DNA from: Octopus bimaculoides
Lineage: Eukaryota
NCBI RefSeq assembly: GCF_001194135.2
Contig: NC_068998.1
Span: 45,214,599 to 45,278,518, forward strand
Reading direction: 5' to 3'
Length of the DNA: 63,920 nt
Shown in pieces: positions 1 through 12,147 of the stretch (within the stretch, counting starts at the first letter, position 1; each line of letters opens with the position of its first letter). Below the pieces are notes generated by a model. It was not told where the DNA came from and did not search any database. It saw only the letters and a list, made by a program, of their open reading frames with translations. A program made the translations under genes and the position numbers.

Positions 1-149
1 ACACAGCCACTCCTGTGCATATGTGTAATTTAAGTGCATTTTGATAAAAAGAGAAATTTATCTAAGGTAAGAAAAATCTTTTGATTCTCATTTCTGGGCT
101 CCAGCTTGGCCACACACTTGTGTACTTAGTTTCCCTATTACACTACTAT

Positions 150-394
150 CAATATCAACTCACGATAATGTAGAATCAGTAGGAGCCCTGAGTTTGTTTC
201 CCTGCAACTAGACGGCCCCATCTGGGAGTGATGGGAGACAATGACACCCAAAGGGTGTTCCTTACGTGTAGTCTATTTCGTAATTTTGTTTTGATTGTTG
301 TCACTGAAGAAAACCCTTCTTATTTCTTTGCTGCCCAGTAGCAAATGATCCACGGGCTGGTCCCAGTCCACAGCCTGGTGGGTGGGGACCTCTG
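150..394 (-). mobile_element. Non-autonomous hAT (Charlie/Buster-type) element: 5' terminus joined to transposase C-terminus
   Basis: Minus strand 319-176 translates EGFSSVTTIKTKLRNRLHVRNTLWVSLSPITPRWGRLVAGKQTQGSY*, matching my recall of the Charlie C-terminus. The terminus CAGAGGTCCCCA begins at 394, flanked by ATGTACAG (nnnTAnnn). The other TIR is not seen. Confidence 0.8.
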
Positions 395-751
395 ATGTAC
401 AGGAGATACATTGTTACACCCACAGGAAAGAGAGTAAAGGATGGTGGCGATGAGGTCGTTTTTAATTACTATCAAGTAATTTTTTTTCCTCATTATATTT
501 TTTCCTCATTATATTTTTTCCAGAGGCAATTATTGGAACAATTCATGAAATTAATTTTCTTTTTATTAATTGTAGTTAAATGAAAAATGAAATTCTCATT
601 TCAATGGATCATCAAACTTCCATTTGATTTTTCACCCAAACAAACTGTTGGCAAGAATGTCTTTTGCTATTCTGTCGTCAAAATATGGAAAGAAAATGTT
701 AAATTTTGCAAATGTTTATTGTTTTGGGGGCAGTTTTATCACTAGGTCCCC

Positions 752-1086
752 GGTGTGGATGTGGGGTAAGAAGTTTGCTTCCCAACCACATGGTTCTGTG
801 TTCAGTCCCACTGCATGGCATCTTGAACAAGTATCTTCTAGTATAGCTCCAGACCGACTAAAGCCTTGTGAGTGGATTTGGCAGATGGAAACTGAAAGGA
901 ACCTTTTATGTGTGTGTGTGTGTGATAACTTAGTGCTTCAGTAAGGCGGAAGATTCAACAGAATAGTTACCAGGCTTCAAGAACAATTAAAAACAAAACA
1001 AGTGCTGGAGTTGATGCATTTGACTAAAATTCTTCAAGATGGTGCCTCAGCCTGGCCACGGCCTAATGACAAAAACAAGTAAAAAC
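752..1086 (+). mobile_element. SINE family A (my label), diverged copy
   Basis: Shares head (gtggggtaagaagtttgcttcccaaccacatgg), body and tail with the copy at 44576-45005. Confidence 0.75.
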
Positions 1087-1475
1087 AAAATTTTATTTTC
1101 CATCTCAGCTAGTGCACAGCAGTCAACAAACTAAAAATCTATTGTATAAAAACAAGCTCAGGGATTTGAAGCTTGCTTTCTTGCATCGTCTAATAATATA
1201 TTTTCAGATACTGAATCAATATTGATATTGGCCTTCATGTCCACCCTCATGTCCAGACCATCAGCCTCGGGCTATAGCCACAGTTAGCAAATACCACCTA
1301 CAGATAGTATTAGTATTAGTATGCTTTGTAATTGGATAATCTCAAACAGGATTAAGTCTGTAGTGGCAGTATTTTATTTTAAGCATTAATTTGAGATCGC
1401 CTTTATAGCTGTATATAGTGGGCTTTCTTCTGCTATATACATACGTACATGTGTGTATGTATGTATGTATATATA

Positions 1476-1543
<68 letters not shown>

Positions 1544-1546
<3 letters not shown>

Positions 1547-1929
1547 TGTAGGAGTTTCTGTGTGGTAAGTAGCTTGCTTACCAACCACATGGTTCCGGGT
1601 TCAGTCCCACTGCGTGGCACCTTGGGCAAGTGTCTTCTAACATAGCCTCGGGCCGACCAAAGCCTTGTGAGTGGATTTGGTCGATGGAAGCTGAAAGAAG
1701 CCCATCGTATATATGTATATATGTGTGTGTGTATGTGTATGTGTTTGACAACCGATGCTGGTGTGTTTACGTACCCGTAACTTAGCGGTTCGGCAAAAGA
1801 GACCGATAGAATAAGTACTAGGCTTTCATAGAATAAGTTGTGGGGTCGATTTGCTCGACTAAAGGCAGTGCTCCAGCATGGCCACAGTCAAATGACTGAA
1901 ACAAGTAAAAGAATAAAAGAGAGTAAAGA

Positions 1930-1930
<1 letters not shown>
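1544..1930 (+). mobile_element. SINE family A, near full length, abutting a (TA)n run
   Basis: tRNA-like head with B-box-like GGTTCAGTCCC, CCTTGGGCAAGT segment, internal (TA)/(TG) run, tail aaatgactgaaacaagtaaaaga. Confidence 0.9.
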
Positions 1931-1965
<35 letters not shown>

Positions 1966-2971
1966 GTAAGCACATAAATGTGAAACAAGGTAGGAAAAAT
2001 AGTACTGGAATACCAGAGGTAGAGTAATATGCTTTATTGAAAAGCAGCAAAAATATCANNNNNNNNNNNNNNNNNNNNNNNNNNNNNNNNNNNNNNNNNN
2101 NNNNNNNNNNNNNNNNNNNNNNNNNNNNNNNNNNNNNNNNNNNNNNNNNNNNNNNNNNNNNNNNNNNNNNNNNNNNNNNNNNNNNNNNNNNNNNNNNNNN
2201 NNNNNNNNNNNNNNNNNNNNNNNNNNNNNNNNNNNNNNNNNNNNNNNNNNNNNNNNNNNNNNNNNNNNNNNNNNNNAACTACTGATTTCAAAACTACAAA
2301 TTATTACTCCATTTTGTAGTTTTGAAATCAGTAGTTCTTTGACTGCTATTTCTGAATTCTCAGTATGTTGGAGAAGCAGGTTACTGTCAATCCCTATATA
2401 TTTATGATTATAAATTATTATTTACCGAAGAAGGTTTTTTTCATACTGAGCTACCCGGCAGAAATTGTTAATTATTAATTTTATTACTAATTGATGATTC
2501 CCTGCCCTGCATATCTATATATATATATATGTATATATACACACACACACACACACTAATATATATTGCTTCCAAACCATGCCAGCATGGAACATGAACT
2601 TTAAATGAGGGAGAGAAATTGAGAAAGAAATTTCTCATGATTAGCAATATGCAAATAGTTTGCGTTGTAATTTAGAATGATCTATTTTCTTTGCATACAA
2701 AGAATCAACCACTGTTTCTCAATAAGATATGGTCACAACAAAATCTACATAAAGAAACATAGGCTTGCTTCTCTTTGTATTTTCAACATTGATCATTTTA
2801 TTCATTTTTCTACATAACTGTCAGCTCTGTAAACTAATAATTTAATACTGAAGAGAGAAAGCTAGAGATCCAAGTTTTCACTGAAAACGTTTGATCTTTT
2901 GAACATCACAGTTTTGAGAGCCAGCAAGAACAAACAGTCTTAATTGAAATCTTTGTCTTTATCTCATGGTA

Positions 2972-3156
2972 ATACTGGTTTCAAATTTGTGCACAAGACC
3001 AGCAATGTTGGGCAGAGAGTAAGTCGATTACATTGACATCATTTTACAACTGGTTCTTATTTTATCGACCCCAAAAGGGAGGAAAGACAAAGTTGAGGAA
3101 AGACAGAATTTGAACCCAGAATGTAAATGCTAATGATTCTGCCAGCTCTCTGCCTT
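2972..3156 (-). mobile_element. SINE family B (my label), diverged
   Basis: Reverse-strand similarity to the 36026-36245 copy (aagtcgattaca, ttatcgacccc, gaatttgaac, ctgccagct). Confidence 0.6.
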
Positions 3157-3486
3157 ATATTTTATGATAACACTGATATTGAAAGTTTTAAGTGCAGCCT
3201 GTTTCTAATAACTTTACATNNNNNNNNNNNNNNNNNNNNNNNNNNNNNNNNNNNNNNNNNNNNNNNNNNNNNNNNNNNNNNNNNNNNNNNNNNNNNNNNN
3301 NNNNNNNNNNNNNNNNNNNNNNNNNNNNNNNNNNNNNNNNNNNNNNNNNNNNNNNNNNNNNNNNNNNNNNNNNNNNNNNNNNNNNNNNNNNNNNNNNNNN
3401 NNNNNNNNNNNNNNNNNNNNNNNNNNNNNNNNNNNNNNNNNNNNNNNNNNNNNNNNNNNNNNNNNNNNNNNNNNNNNNNNNNNNNN

Positions 3487-3815
3487 CGATTCCCAGACCG
3501 GGCGTTGTGAGTGTTTATTGATCGAAAACACCTAAAGCGCCACGAGGCTCCGGCAGGGGATGGTGGTGAACCCTGCTGTACTCTTCCACCACAACTTTCT
3601 CTCACTCTTACTTCCTGTTTCTGTTGTGCCTGTAATTCAAAGGGTCAGCCTTGTCACACTGTGTCACGCTGAATATCCCTGAGAACTACGTTAAGGGTAC
3701 ACGTGTCTGTGGAGTGCTCAGCCACTTGCTCGTTAATTTCACGAGCAGGCTGTTCCATTGTTCGGATCAACTGGAACCCTCAACGTCGTAAGCGATGGAG
3801 TGCCAACAACAACAT
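3487..3815 (+). mobile_element. SINE family C (my label), 5' end in gap
   Basis: Near-identical to 35100-35490 and 56137-56513; ends in (ACA)n. Confidence 0.9.
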
Positions 3816-4234
3816 ATATATATATATATAACAGCTGTAATAATGTCAGAGAGAGAGAGACACTGCTCATTCCAGTTTCACATATTCATCTAATAATGAT
3901 ATTAGCCTCCTTATCTACCATCTTGTTCAGAAACCCAGTTTATGGTAATATATTTTAGCCAAAGTTAGCATATGCCACCTGAGGACAATGGTTATGTTGC
4001 TTTTCAAACGTCAATAATCGAATAATTTTAAACAGAAATGTCATTTGTCACTAGTGCAGCTTGAATTAGAAATGAATTCTATTAGCTTCTTATTCATGTA
4101 TACTTTAAAATTTGATTACGTTCACCATGCTGTATAGATTATAGGTTTTCATCTTATCTAAGTTACTCTTAAACAAAGAAATTTTCTAAGATAACTGGTA
4201 CAGTATTTGCAGTAATCAGTTTACATTGCAAGAA

Positions 4235-4450
4235 AGGTGGTGATTTGGCAGAATCATTAGCATGCTGAGTAAAAAGCTTAGTGACATTACGTCCATCTTT
4301 ATGTTATGAGTTCAAATCCCACCAAGGTCAACATTACCTTTCATCCTTTTGGTGGGGTTGATAAAATAAGTACCAGTTGAGTACTGGGGTCAGTGTAATC
4401 AACTTAATCCATCCCCTAAAATTGCTGGCTTTGTGCCAAAATTTGAAACC
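4235..4450 (+). mobile_element. SINE family B
   Basis: ggcagaatcattagc head, gagttcaaatccc B-box-like motif, gataaaataagtaccagttg body. Confidence 0.75.
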
Positions 4451-4650
4451 TATATATACTGCAAGTATGCTCTCTCTGAATTTTGCTCATGGTTTAGTAA
4501 TTTTATTTTCACTGACATCAATAATACTTTTAGGAAATGCATCAATACCACAGCTTCTCATTTCTCCTTTCTTAAAAATTGAAGCTTTCTTATTTTTAAT
4601 CAAGAACTTGGAATATTATCAAACAACCTATTAAATAAACTTTACTTAAC

Positions 4651-5128
4651 AGGCATAGGAATGGCTGTGTGGTAAGTAGCTTGCTTAAGAAATACATGGT
4701 TCCGGGTTCAGTCCCACTGCATGGCACCTTGGGCAAGTATCTTCTACTGTAGCCTCGGACTGACCAAAGCCTTGTGAGTGGATTTAGTAGANNNNNNNNN
4801 NTACTGTAGCCTCGGACTGACCAAAGCCTTGTGAGTGGATTTAGTAGACGGAAACTGAAAGAAGCCTGTCGTATATATGTATATATATATATATGTGTCT
4901 GTGTGTATGTGTGTATATATATGTTTGTGTGTCTGTCCCCCCAACATCGCTTGACAACCGATGCCGGTGTGTTTACGTCCCCATAACTTAGCAGTTTGGC
5001 AAAAGAGACCGATAGAATAAGTACTAGGCTTACAAAGAATAAGTCCTGGGGTTGATTTGCTCGACTAAAGGCGGTGCTCCAGCATGGCCACAATCAAAGG
5101 ACTGAAACAAGTAAAAGAGTAAAAGAGT
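4651..5128 (+). mobile_element. SINE family A, full length, with 10-N gap
   Basis: Colinear with 44576-45005; 47 bp duplicated across the gap. Confidence 0.9.
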
Positions 5129-6712
5129 AACAAACCAAATGAAGATATTCATGTGAAATATCTTCAGTGTAGTCTATATTGATCAAGCTAATTACACAAC
5201 ATTACTACATCTTCTCACTAGCATTTACAACTAATAAGATAAGGCAGTTGAGGCACCTAAGTAACAAAGAGTAAATATATTAGTGAATTTAATGCAAACG
5301 TTCTTTATATCTCTTATTCTTTATCTCTGTAAGATAATGCAGCCTTTCTATGTTCTTAACTCTCTATAATCTCTCATAATCCTGTGTTATTTTTTTTTTT
5401 TTGTTGTTTTTCTAATCATTATTATTGATAAGTTGTCATCTTTGATAGGATTATAAAAAAAGGATGTCAATCATTTTTAAAATATTTGATCTTTGTATTG
5501 TATTGAAAACTATCGAAATTTTGCTAGATTTATTAACAGAAAAATCACTTATTTTTCATATGGCCGTTCTTTAATTTTTCTTTTAATGAATATATAAATT
5601 GTATAGGATGATGGATAGGGTAAAAGAAGTTGTTTATTAAAAAACAAAGATGCTTAGCAAATAGGCTTTACCTATCAAAATATTATGATAATCCATTACA
5701 GATTATAGATATAGAGAGCTTAATATATATTTTTCTCGACAATTTTGTGTTTAGATGGCTTTGGGTCACTTTTAACGTACACTGGATGGCTATTTATTAC
5801 AGAATGAAACTTTGGTTTTGCTTTTAAAATTTTCTTCGCTCGAGTATATTTAAAGGAGATTCTAAAAAAAAAAAAGGAAAAAAAAAAGAAAAACACACAC
5901 CAAAAAAAAAAAAAAAAAAAAAAAAAAGAAAAGAAATGATATATTTTTCAATGCTTGAAATTAACTGACCAGTATCTGTTGCATCAGCTTAAATCTTAGA
6001 TTTCAGCTGAAGCTGGTCGTTTTCAAAACTCTGCTGGATTCTATGAAGGAATTTACCTAAAATATTTGTTTAGCTAAATCTCACTTTTGATAATGCATGC
6101 CAATGTTCAAGCCCAAGTAGCAGCAACAGCTAATGGCAAAATCTCTGGTAAGAAGACTTGCATCTCCCTATATTCACCATTCTACAATCATTCTGAAACT
6201 AATATCATCACCACCATTACTGTACTTACATTCACATTTTTTTTTATATGTTTGCACGGGTTTTTAATTACTCTATAAATACTCCAATTTGACTGTATGT
6301 TTACCTAATTATTTCTTTTTATTAATTAATTAGATTTTCTGCTAACTGTTTGATATGCTAATTTATTTCTTAACTGGATTTTTCTGTTTTAATTAAATAC
6401 TCCGGATTAGTTCTTAACTATTCATTATAGTACAACACACTTTACTTGGTAATCAACAATTTTGTTTTTGTTGCTGTTGTTGTTGCTGCTTTTTTGTTAT
6501 TATTGAGCAGCAGAATTATTTGAGAATCAGAACAAATACCACACAGTATTTGTTCTGGCACTTTACATACTGAGTTCAATTCATGCCAGAGTCAACTCAG
6601 TGTTTCATCCCCTCCAGGGCCAATAAAAGCGTTGGGATCAGAATAGGCATCTGATACCCATCCACTTCTTAAAATTGCTGGCCTTGTGCCAAAAGTAGAA
6701 AGGATTATTATT

Positions 6713-6875
6713 ATGCTTAGTGGTATTCTGGGTTCAAATTCCATTGAGGTCAACTTTGCCTTTTGTCCTTTCAGGGTCGATAAATTAAGTACCAGTGAAA
6801 CACTGGGGTTGATGTAATCTACTAGTCCCCTTCCCCAAAATTTCAGGCTTTGTGCCTTTAGCAGAAAGAATTATT
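6713..6875 (+). mobile_element. SINE family B fragment
   Basis: gggttcaaattcc...ggggtcgataaattaagtaccag...; (ATT)n tail. Confidence 0.7.
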
Positions 6876-6879
6876 ATTA

Positions 6880-7247
6880 TTACCTCCACCTCAGCGAAGG
6901 CGGAGGTATTTTTTTTCAGTCATGTTTGTTTGTTTGTCCGTAGACAAGATATCTCAAGACCCACTCGATGGATTTGGATGAAACTTTCAGTGATGTTTGG
7001 CCTCGTGACTGGCACAAACTAATTAGAGTTTGGGATTGATCCAATACCTGACAAGGATTCTGGAATATTTTTCCTGTTTTTTTTACTTAATTTTTGAGGC
7101 CACTCGGGTTCATTTTTAGTATTCTCATTTGTGAAAGCAGTCAAGTTTATTTCAGATATTCTCATTTTAAAAATCATCTCTGGCTAATTGTTGAGAGGAC
7201 GTTGGTGTTACCTTGGTGGAGGTTTGCACTTTCTGAGTGCTCTTGTT
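6880..7247 (+). mobile_element. Helentron-associated non-autonomous element (HINE/DINE-like)
   Basis: 5' ACCTCCACC (6882-6890) with a local inverted partner GGCGGAGGT (6899-6907); (GTTT)n; 3' GGTGGAGGT (7215-7223); terminal hairpin GCACT-ttctg-AGTGC (7226-7240); T-rich ends. Confidence 0.7.
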
Positions 7248-7254
7248 ATTATTG

Positions 7255-7470
7255 TTAAGGTGGCAAGCTGACAGAATTATAGATTTTGAAAAAATATTTA
7301 GCAGTATTTCTTATGATTCTTCAGGATCTGAATTTTAAAATCTCTGAGATTGACTTTGCCTTTCATCCTTTCAGGGTAAAAAAAATGACTTCCAGTTGAC
7401 CACTGGGGTCTATAAAATCAATTAGCTCCCTCCCCAAAAATTTCAGGCTATGTGCCTATACAAGAAAGAA
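7255..7470 (+). mobile_element. SINE family B, diverged
   Basis: aaggtggcaagctgacagaat head, gactttgcctttcatcctttcagg body, (ATT)n tail. Confidence 0.65.
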
Positions 7471-7494
7471 TTATTATTATTATTATCATTATTT

Positions 7495-7830
7495 GCCCTG
7501 CCCCACTCCTTCAATTGGGCTGGCAAGGCAGTTTTCTTTACCTGGCGGTTGTGGTGAAAAAGGTAGTCTGGTAGACAAGGCTGAATGGCATGAGGACAGA
7601 TACCTTCCTCTTTGGTAGGGGTTTCATTGACTTTAAGTGTCATTTGAAAAGGAAATTGAGGGGGAAGAGAGAAGTGCTATCCTAGAGTGAGTTTATTGTA
7701 AGGTGGGTGAAAGTTGCAAAAATGGCAAGAGTGGATGGTACTTCTCTAAGTGTAGACCTGTGAGTCAGAGAAAGGGAACTGGAGAGGACTCTTGCCCTTG
7801 GTCTTCAGGGAGATATTGGGCAGAATTTGG
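7495..7830 (+). mobile_element. Decayed 3' end of Tx1/L1-like LINE ORF2
   Basis: With stops: LAVVVKKVVW*TRLNGMRTDTFLFGRGFIDFKCHLKRKLRGKREVLS*SEFIVRWVKVAKMARVDG. A homologous second copy lies at 27110-27400. Clade assignment is from motif recall. Confidence 0.55.
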
Positions 7831-8318
7831 ACAGCATTTATAAAAGACGTGTTTACTCGACCTCTGTGTGTTCTGATTACGAAACTTCATCAAATAAGTG
7901 TAGGCGACCTATATTTTAATACAGCCAGACACAAGAACTTTACAATTAATGAAGGAGCCATTACATCTACTAACAGGATTAACTTAATCCTAATTGACAT
8001 TTTTGTTTTGAAACTAAAGTACAGATTTATTTTTTGAAGCTCCACAAAGACTGTGAAACTACGATGTTGACCCCAGTCAGTCAACCAACCCAATCTGAAT
8101 CTAGAAAAAAGCAAAAAGAGATGGGCTTTGAGAAGCTCATCCCTAAAACTCCAAAATATATAATTCTGATGAAAATGTCATGAAATGTTGGAATATTGCC
8201 AAAATAACAGCCAAGCAACTTTTGAAGGGGTTTTTTAAGGACCCCTTCTCACTTCCTCAATATTACACTTTCTTTTGAACCCAGATGATTGACTCCTCTC
8301 ACTTTTTCTCCATCCACT

Positions 8319-8490
8319 ATGGTCATACTTCGGGTTAGCTCTGTAAATGCACATGGCCTGGGTCAGTCAGAAAGCAAAGTGACTTACTTATCAATCTCAG
8401 ATCCCTAGAGTTGAATATGGTGGTGGCTATCAATGAAGCCCAACCACTTTGCCAATTGTTTCTTCTCAATGGCTATGAGATGCAATGCTT
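8319..8490 (+). mobile_element. APE-endonuclease N-terminal relic of a LINE ORF2 (Tx1/L1-like)
   Basis: MVILRVSSVNAHGL then, after a frameshift, LRSLELNMVVAINEAQ...LNGYE; fits the APE motifs (xNxxGL; D-V/I-xxxE). Confidence 0.55.
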
Positions 8491-9629
8491 TTTTTTTTTT
8501 TTTCTAGATGCAGAACAATAAAATTGGAAGTGAAATACTGAAAAAGTTTTTTAAGGTGTTTTAACTGTTGTTCTGCAGTTTGAGTTGTCTCCTTGAAATG
8601 ATGGCCCTACTTTGTAATCTCTGCTGGTGCTAACTTTCTATTAAATTAATAGAAACACTTTAAGATTCCTCTTATACATTTTCTATAGCCCTGGTTTCTC
8701 TTTCTGATTTCTTCTTTTCTTGAAAGTGTTTGCTCTCTTTCAGTTGTCCATTTAGGCTATTTGAAACCTTTGTTCTATGTCTCAGAACTTCCCTTTCTAT
8801 GGGACTGTTATACAAAGTACCATTGAAGACTCTGTGTGTGTGTGTTATATATCATTTGGTCACCAGCAACCATGACAGAGTTAATCCTAGTTCTGACCAA
8901 CCAAAAAAATTATATTCTACTCTTGATATTGAATACGTTTTCTCTTGTTTTCTTAAAACTAACGTTTGCGTCTGTGTGTACATCAGTTTACTAATCAATG
9001 TTGATTCATCTCTGAAGTTATACACTTATCCCTCTGTGTTTTGATATGAATGATACCAGTGTGTTTGTGTGGAAACACACCAGTACAGAAGAATTTGTTT
9101 TATAGGCTGCATAGAAATTTGTACACTTTTTTTCACAGATTATTATAAAGTCTATGAGACTGTGCGCACACACATGTGCACAGTAGTTCACTATCTTTAT
9201 TGGCTTTTATTTGTGTAATTCTGAAATGCAGTCCCAGATCGTTGTATTTCCATGTACTCTTAAGTTTCCAAGTGTACTCTTAAAAAAGAAATACCTTGAA
9301 AGTGAATATTTATTTTAACATGTTCTATTTGACTTTTTTGTTTTCCTACTTAGTTTCTTAAAGCTGATTAGCTTAATCTGATCATCTTTCCTTACAATAT
9401 CCACTATTAGAAGTTGCATATTTAGTATAATAATCACTGCAGTCAGAAAATTGATTTTTTTTTTTTTTAGATATGAAGTCTTTCATTTTTCTTATACAAA
9501 CTACAGTTTCTATTTTTAATAACAAAAATAGATTGAAACTTAAGGGAATTGCAGTTCTACTTCATGGTACATCTGATTGGTAACTTTGTAGAAGTATTTT
9601 CCTTTCATTAATAATTACCAGTAGTATAC

Positions 9630-9870
9630 TAACTGAGGCGACAATGGGCATCAACAGGACCAGTGACATAATAAGATGCAGATGCTGGAACTGGGTTGGA
9701 CATGTTCTCAGACAAGATGGTCAAAGGTGATTGTATGATGGTACTAAAGTTGCAGCCTGAGAGGAAAAAGACCAGCAGAACACCCTAAAACCACATGGCA
9801 AAGGACCATTAAAAAGGGAAGGGGATGAGAAGGGTAGAAAAGCTTGAATGAGATCAGAACATGATATCCT
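9630..9870 (+). mobile_element. RTE-like LINE 3' coding relic
   Basis: IRCRCWNWVGHVLRQD, then PERK...PKTTWQRTIK across frameshifts (RRWxWxGHVxR ... GRPxxTW motif). Confidence 0.7.
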
Positions 9871-10328
9871 TAATCATCACTTAACATCTGGCATACTTTT
9901 TGTAGTTACTTTCAGCAGTGTGGTGATAGTATTTAGTTGAGGTAAAAAGTCCTCCATACTGAACTCTTTAAACTTTCTTCTTTGCTTTGTTAGAGACTTC
10001 TTTTCTATTTTCTACGAAATTTGGCCTTCTACCAAAGTTAACAATGTTGTTATTGTTGCAAAATTATGATTTATAAATAGATTCATTATTGATATTGATG
10101 AATCTCTGTGCAGCAATCAATCAAATTAATCAGAAATGCTGTATTGATAAGGGAAAGCATTTCCCTCTGTATTTTCTGACACACTTTAGCCATTCTCTAT
10201 ACACATCATTTATCCAATTGATTAAAACTCTGAGCAGGTATTCGATATTTGTTGTTATTAAAACAGGGTCAAGATAAGCCAGATATTAGAGTATCATACT
10301 CTATTGGATGGACTGCTTGGTTTTGTTG

Positions 10329-10714
10329 CTTTAGCTCTTAAACTGGCCATATCAGGCCTAAATATTCTGCAGGCTTTACATTCAAACCAGATGGATCCAG
10401 CCCCTCACACCTTCCATACAATATCATTCTAAAAAATATACTGTCACGTCATTGAAATTTCAAAGTTAAGAGATAATGTATGATTAATTCAAGCCTATTT
10501 GGAAAGAAGCATTATGTCAGACATATTATTTATCTTTTTCAAATTGGTTTGAATTAATCATACATTATCTCTTAACTTTGAAATTTCAATGATGTGATAG
10601 TATATTTTTTAGAACGATACTATATGGTAGATGTGAGGGGCTGGATTCGTCTGGTTTGAATGTAAAACCTGCAGAATATTTAGGCCTGATATGGCCTGTT
10701 TAAATGCTAAAGGG
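10329..10714. mobile_element. Palindromic pair of piggyBac-type MITE halves (long inverted repeat)
   Basis: Arms 10329-10495 and 10546-10712 are reverse complements at roughly 90% by eye; both resemble the MITE at 33047-33266. Confidence 0.85.
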
Positions 10715-11298
10715 CTAAATTATGATTTCCAGTCTCTCTTAGAACTAACTTTGTTTATCAGCCCTCTTGAATTTAATGAAAGAAGCTCCCAGTAACAGTA
10801 ATAGTAAGGAAGATACTTTCTTCTGACTGGTATTAAGTTTAGAGGAATCATTCTCTTGGGAATTTATTAATATTTTATGTCTGCATCAAATTTTTCCATT
10901 GCTTCTCAAATCACCCAAACAAAAGAGAATCTGAGAGTCTGAAATTGTTTTTAGTGTGGGTAGAATACATATTTGAAGACAGTGACGGTACAATGCACAG
11001 GAAATTTCTAACAAGTATTATGATAAAAATATGTCTGGTCTGATGCTTAACTCATTTACTCAGGTATGAAAAATCATAATTTAATCCTGGTAATACTTAA
11101 ACTCAGAATATAAAGTTATTTAATTACATAATGTAACGCATTTAAATTTGCAGTCTTACCATTTCTTTGATTAGATGAATATGCAAATGATTCAGATTTG
11201 TTCTTCATAAAACCTACCTTGTTATCAATCCTCCCAACAGTCTTCATAACGAATTAATTAATTATCAAGATGCATCCAGATGTGAAAAATTTATTGAT

Positions 11299-11362
<64 letters not shown>

Positions 11363-11756
11363 GTATATATATATATATATTTACATTTACAGACAGACGC
11401 ACAAACACACACACACACACACATATAATCCATGCAAGCATGGAAAATGGACTTTAAATAATGATGCTGGTGATATATAAATATATACATCATTGCTATT
11501 ATGCAAAGGTGTTGTAAGTCCAAAACAGTTTTTTTCAGAAAGCCAAAAAATGGTTTCACCATACCATAGTAAAACTGTTGTACTACCGTTTGGCAATTTT
11601 TGATATCTTGGCATCTGAAGCAGCTGGGGATACGATAGTTTGACCAAAAGAACCGACTATTGCATGCAAAAATAAATATTGAAAAAAAAACGCATTTGGC
11701 AAAATTTGGACATATGACAGTTTAACATAATAGCAATGATATATATACACACATGC

Positions 11757-12147
11757 TCTTTACTCTTTTACTTGTTTCAGTCATTTGACTGTAGCCATGC
11801 TGGAGCACCGCCTTTAGTCGAGCAAATCGACCCAAGGACTTATTCTTTGTAAGCCTAGTACTTATTCTATCGGTCTCTTTTGCCGAACTGCTAAGTTATG
11901 GGGACATAAACACCCCAGCATCGGTTGTCAAGTGATGTTGGGGGGACAAACATACATGCATATATATATATAACCCATGCTAGCATGGAAAGCGGACGTT
12001 AAACGATATATATGTGTGTGTGTGTATACATATATACGACGGTCTTCTTTCAGTTTCCGTCTACCAAATCCACTCACAAGGTTTTGGTCAGCTCGAGGCT
12101 ATAGTAGAAGACACTTGCCCAAGGTGCCGCACAGTGGGACTGAACAG
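11757..12147 (-). mobile_element. SINE family A, 5'-truncated, with a family-D tail fragment in its microsatellite
   Basis: Reverse complement of the family A body and tail; aacccatgctagcatggaaagcggacgttaaacga at about 11972-12006. Confidence 0.85.

Noticed and set aside
4745-4848. 47-bp direct repeat either side of a 10-N gap
   Set aside because: Exact duplication at a minimal gap is typical of unmerged contig overlap.
5140-5166. 10-bp-arm palindrome TGAAGATATT...AATATCTTCA
   Set aside because: Too short to be notable in AT-rich DNA.
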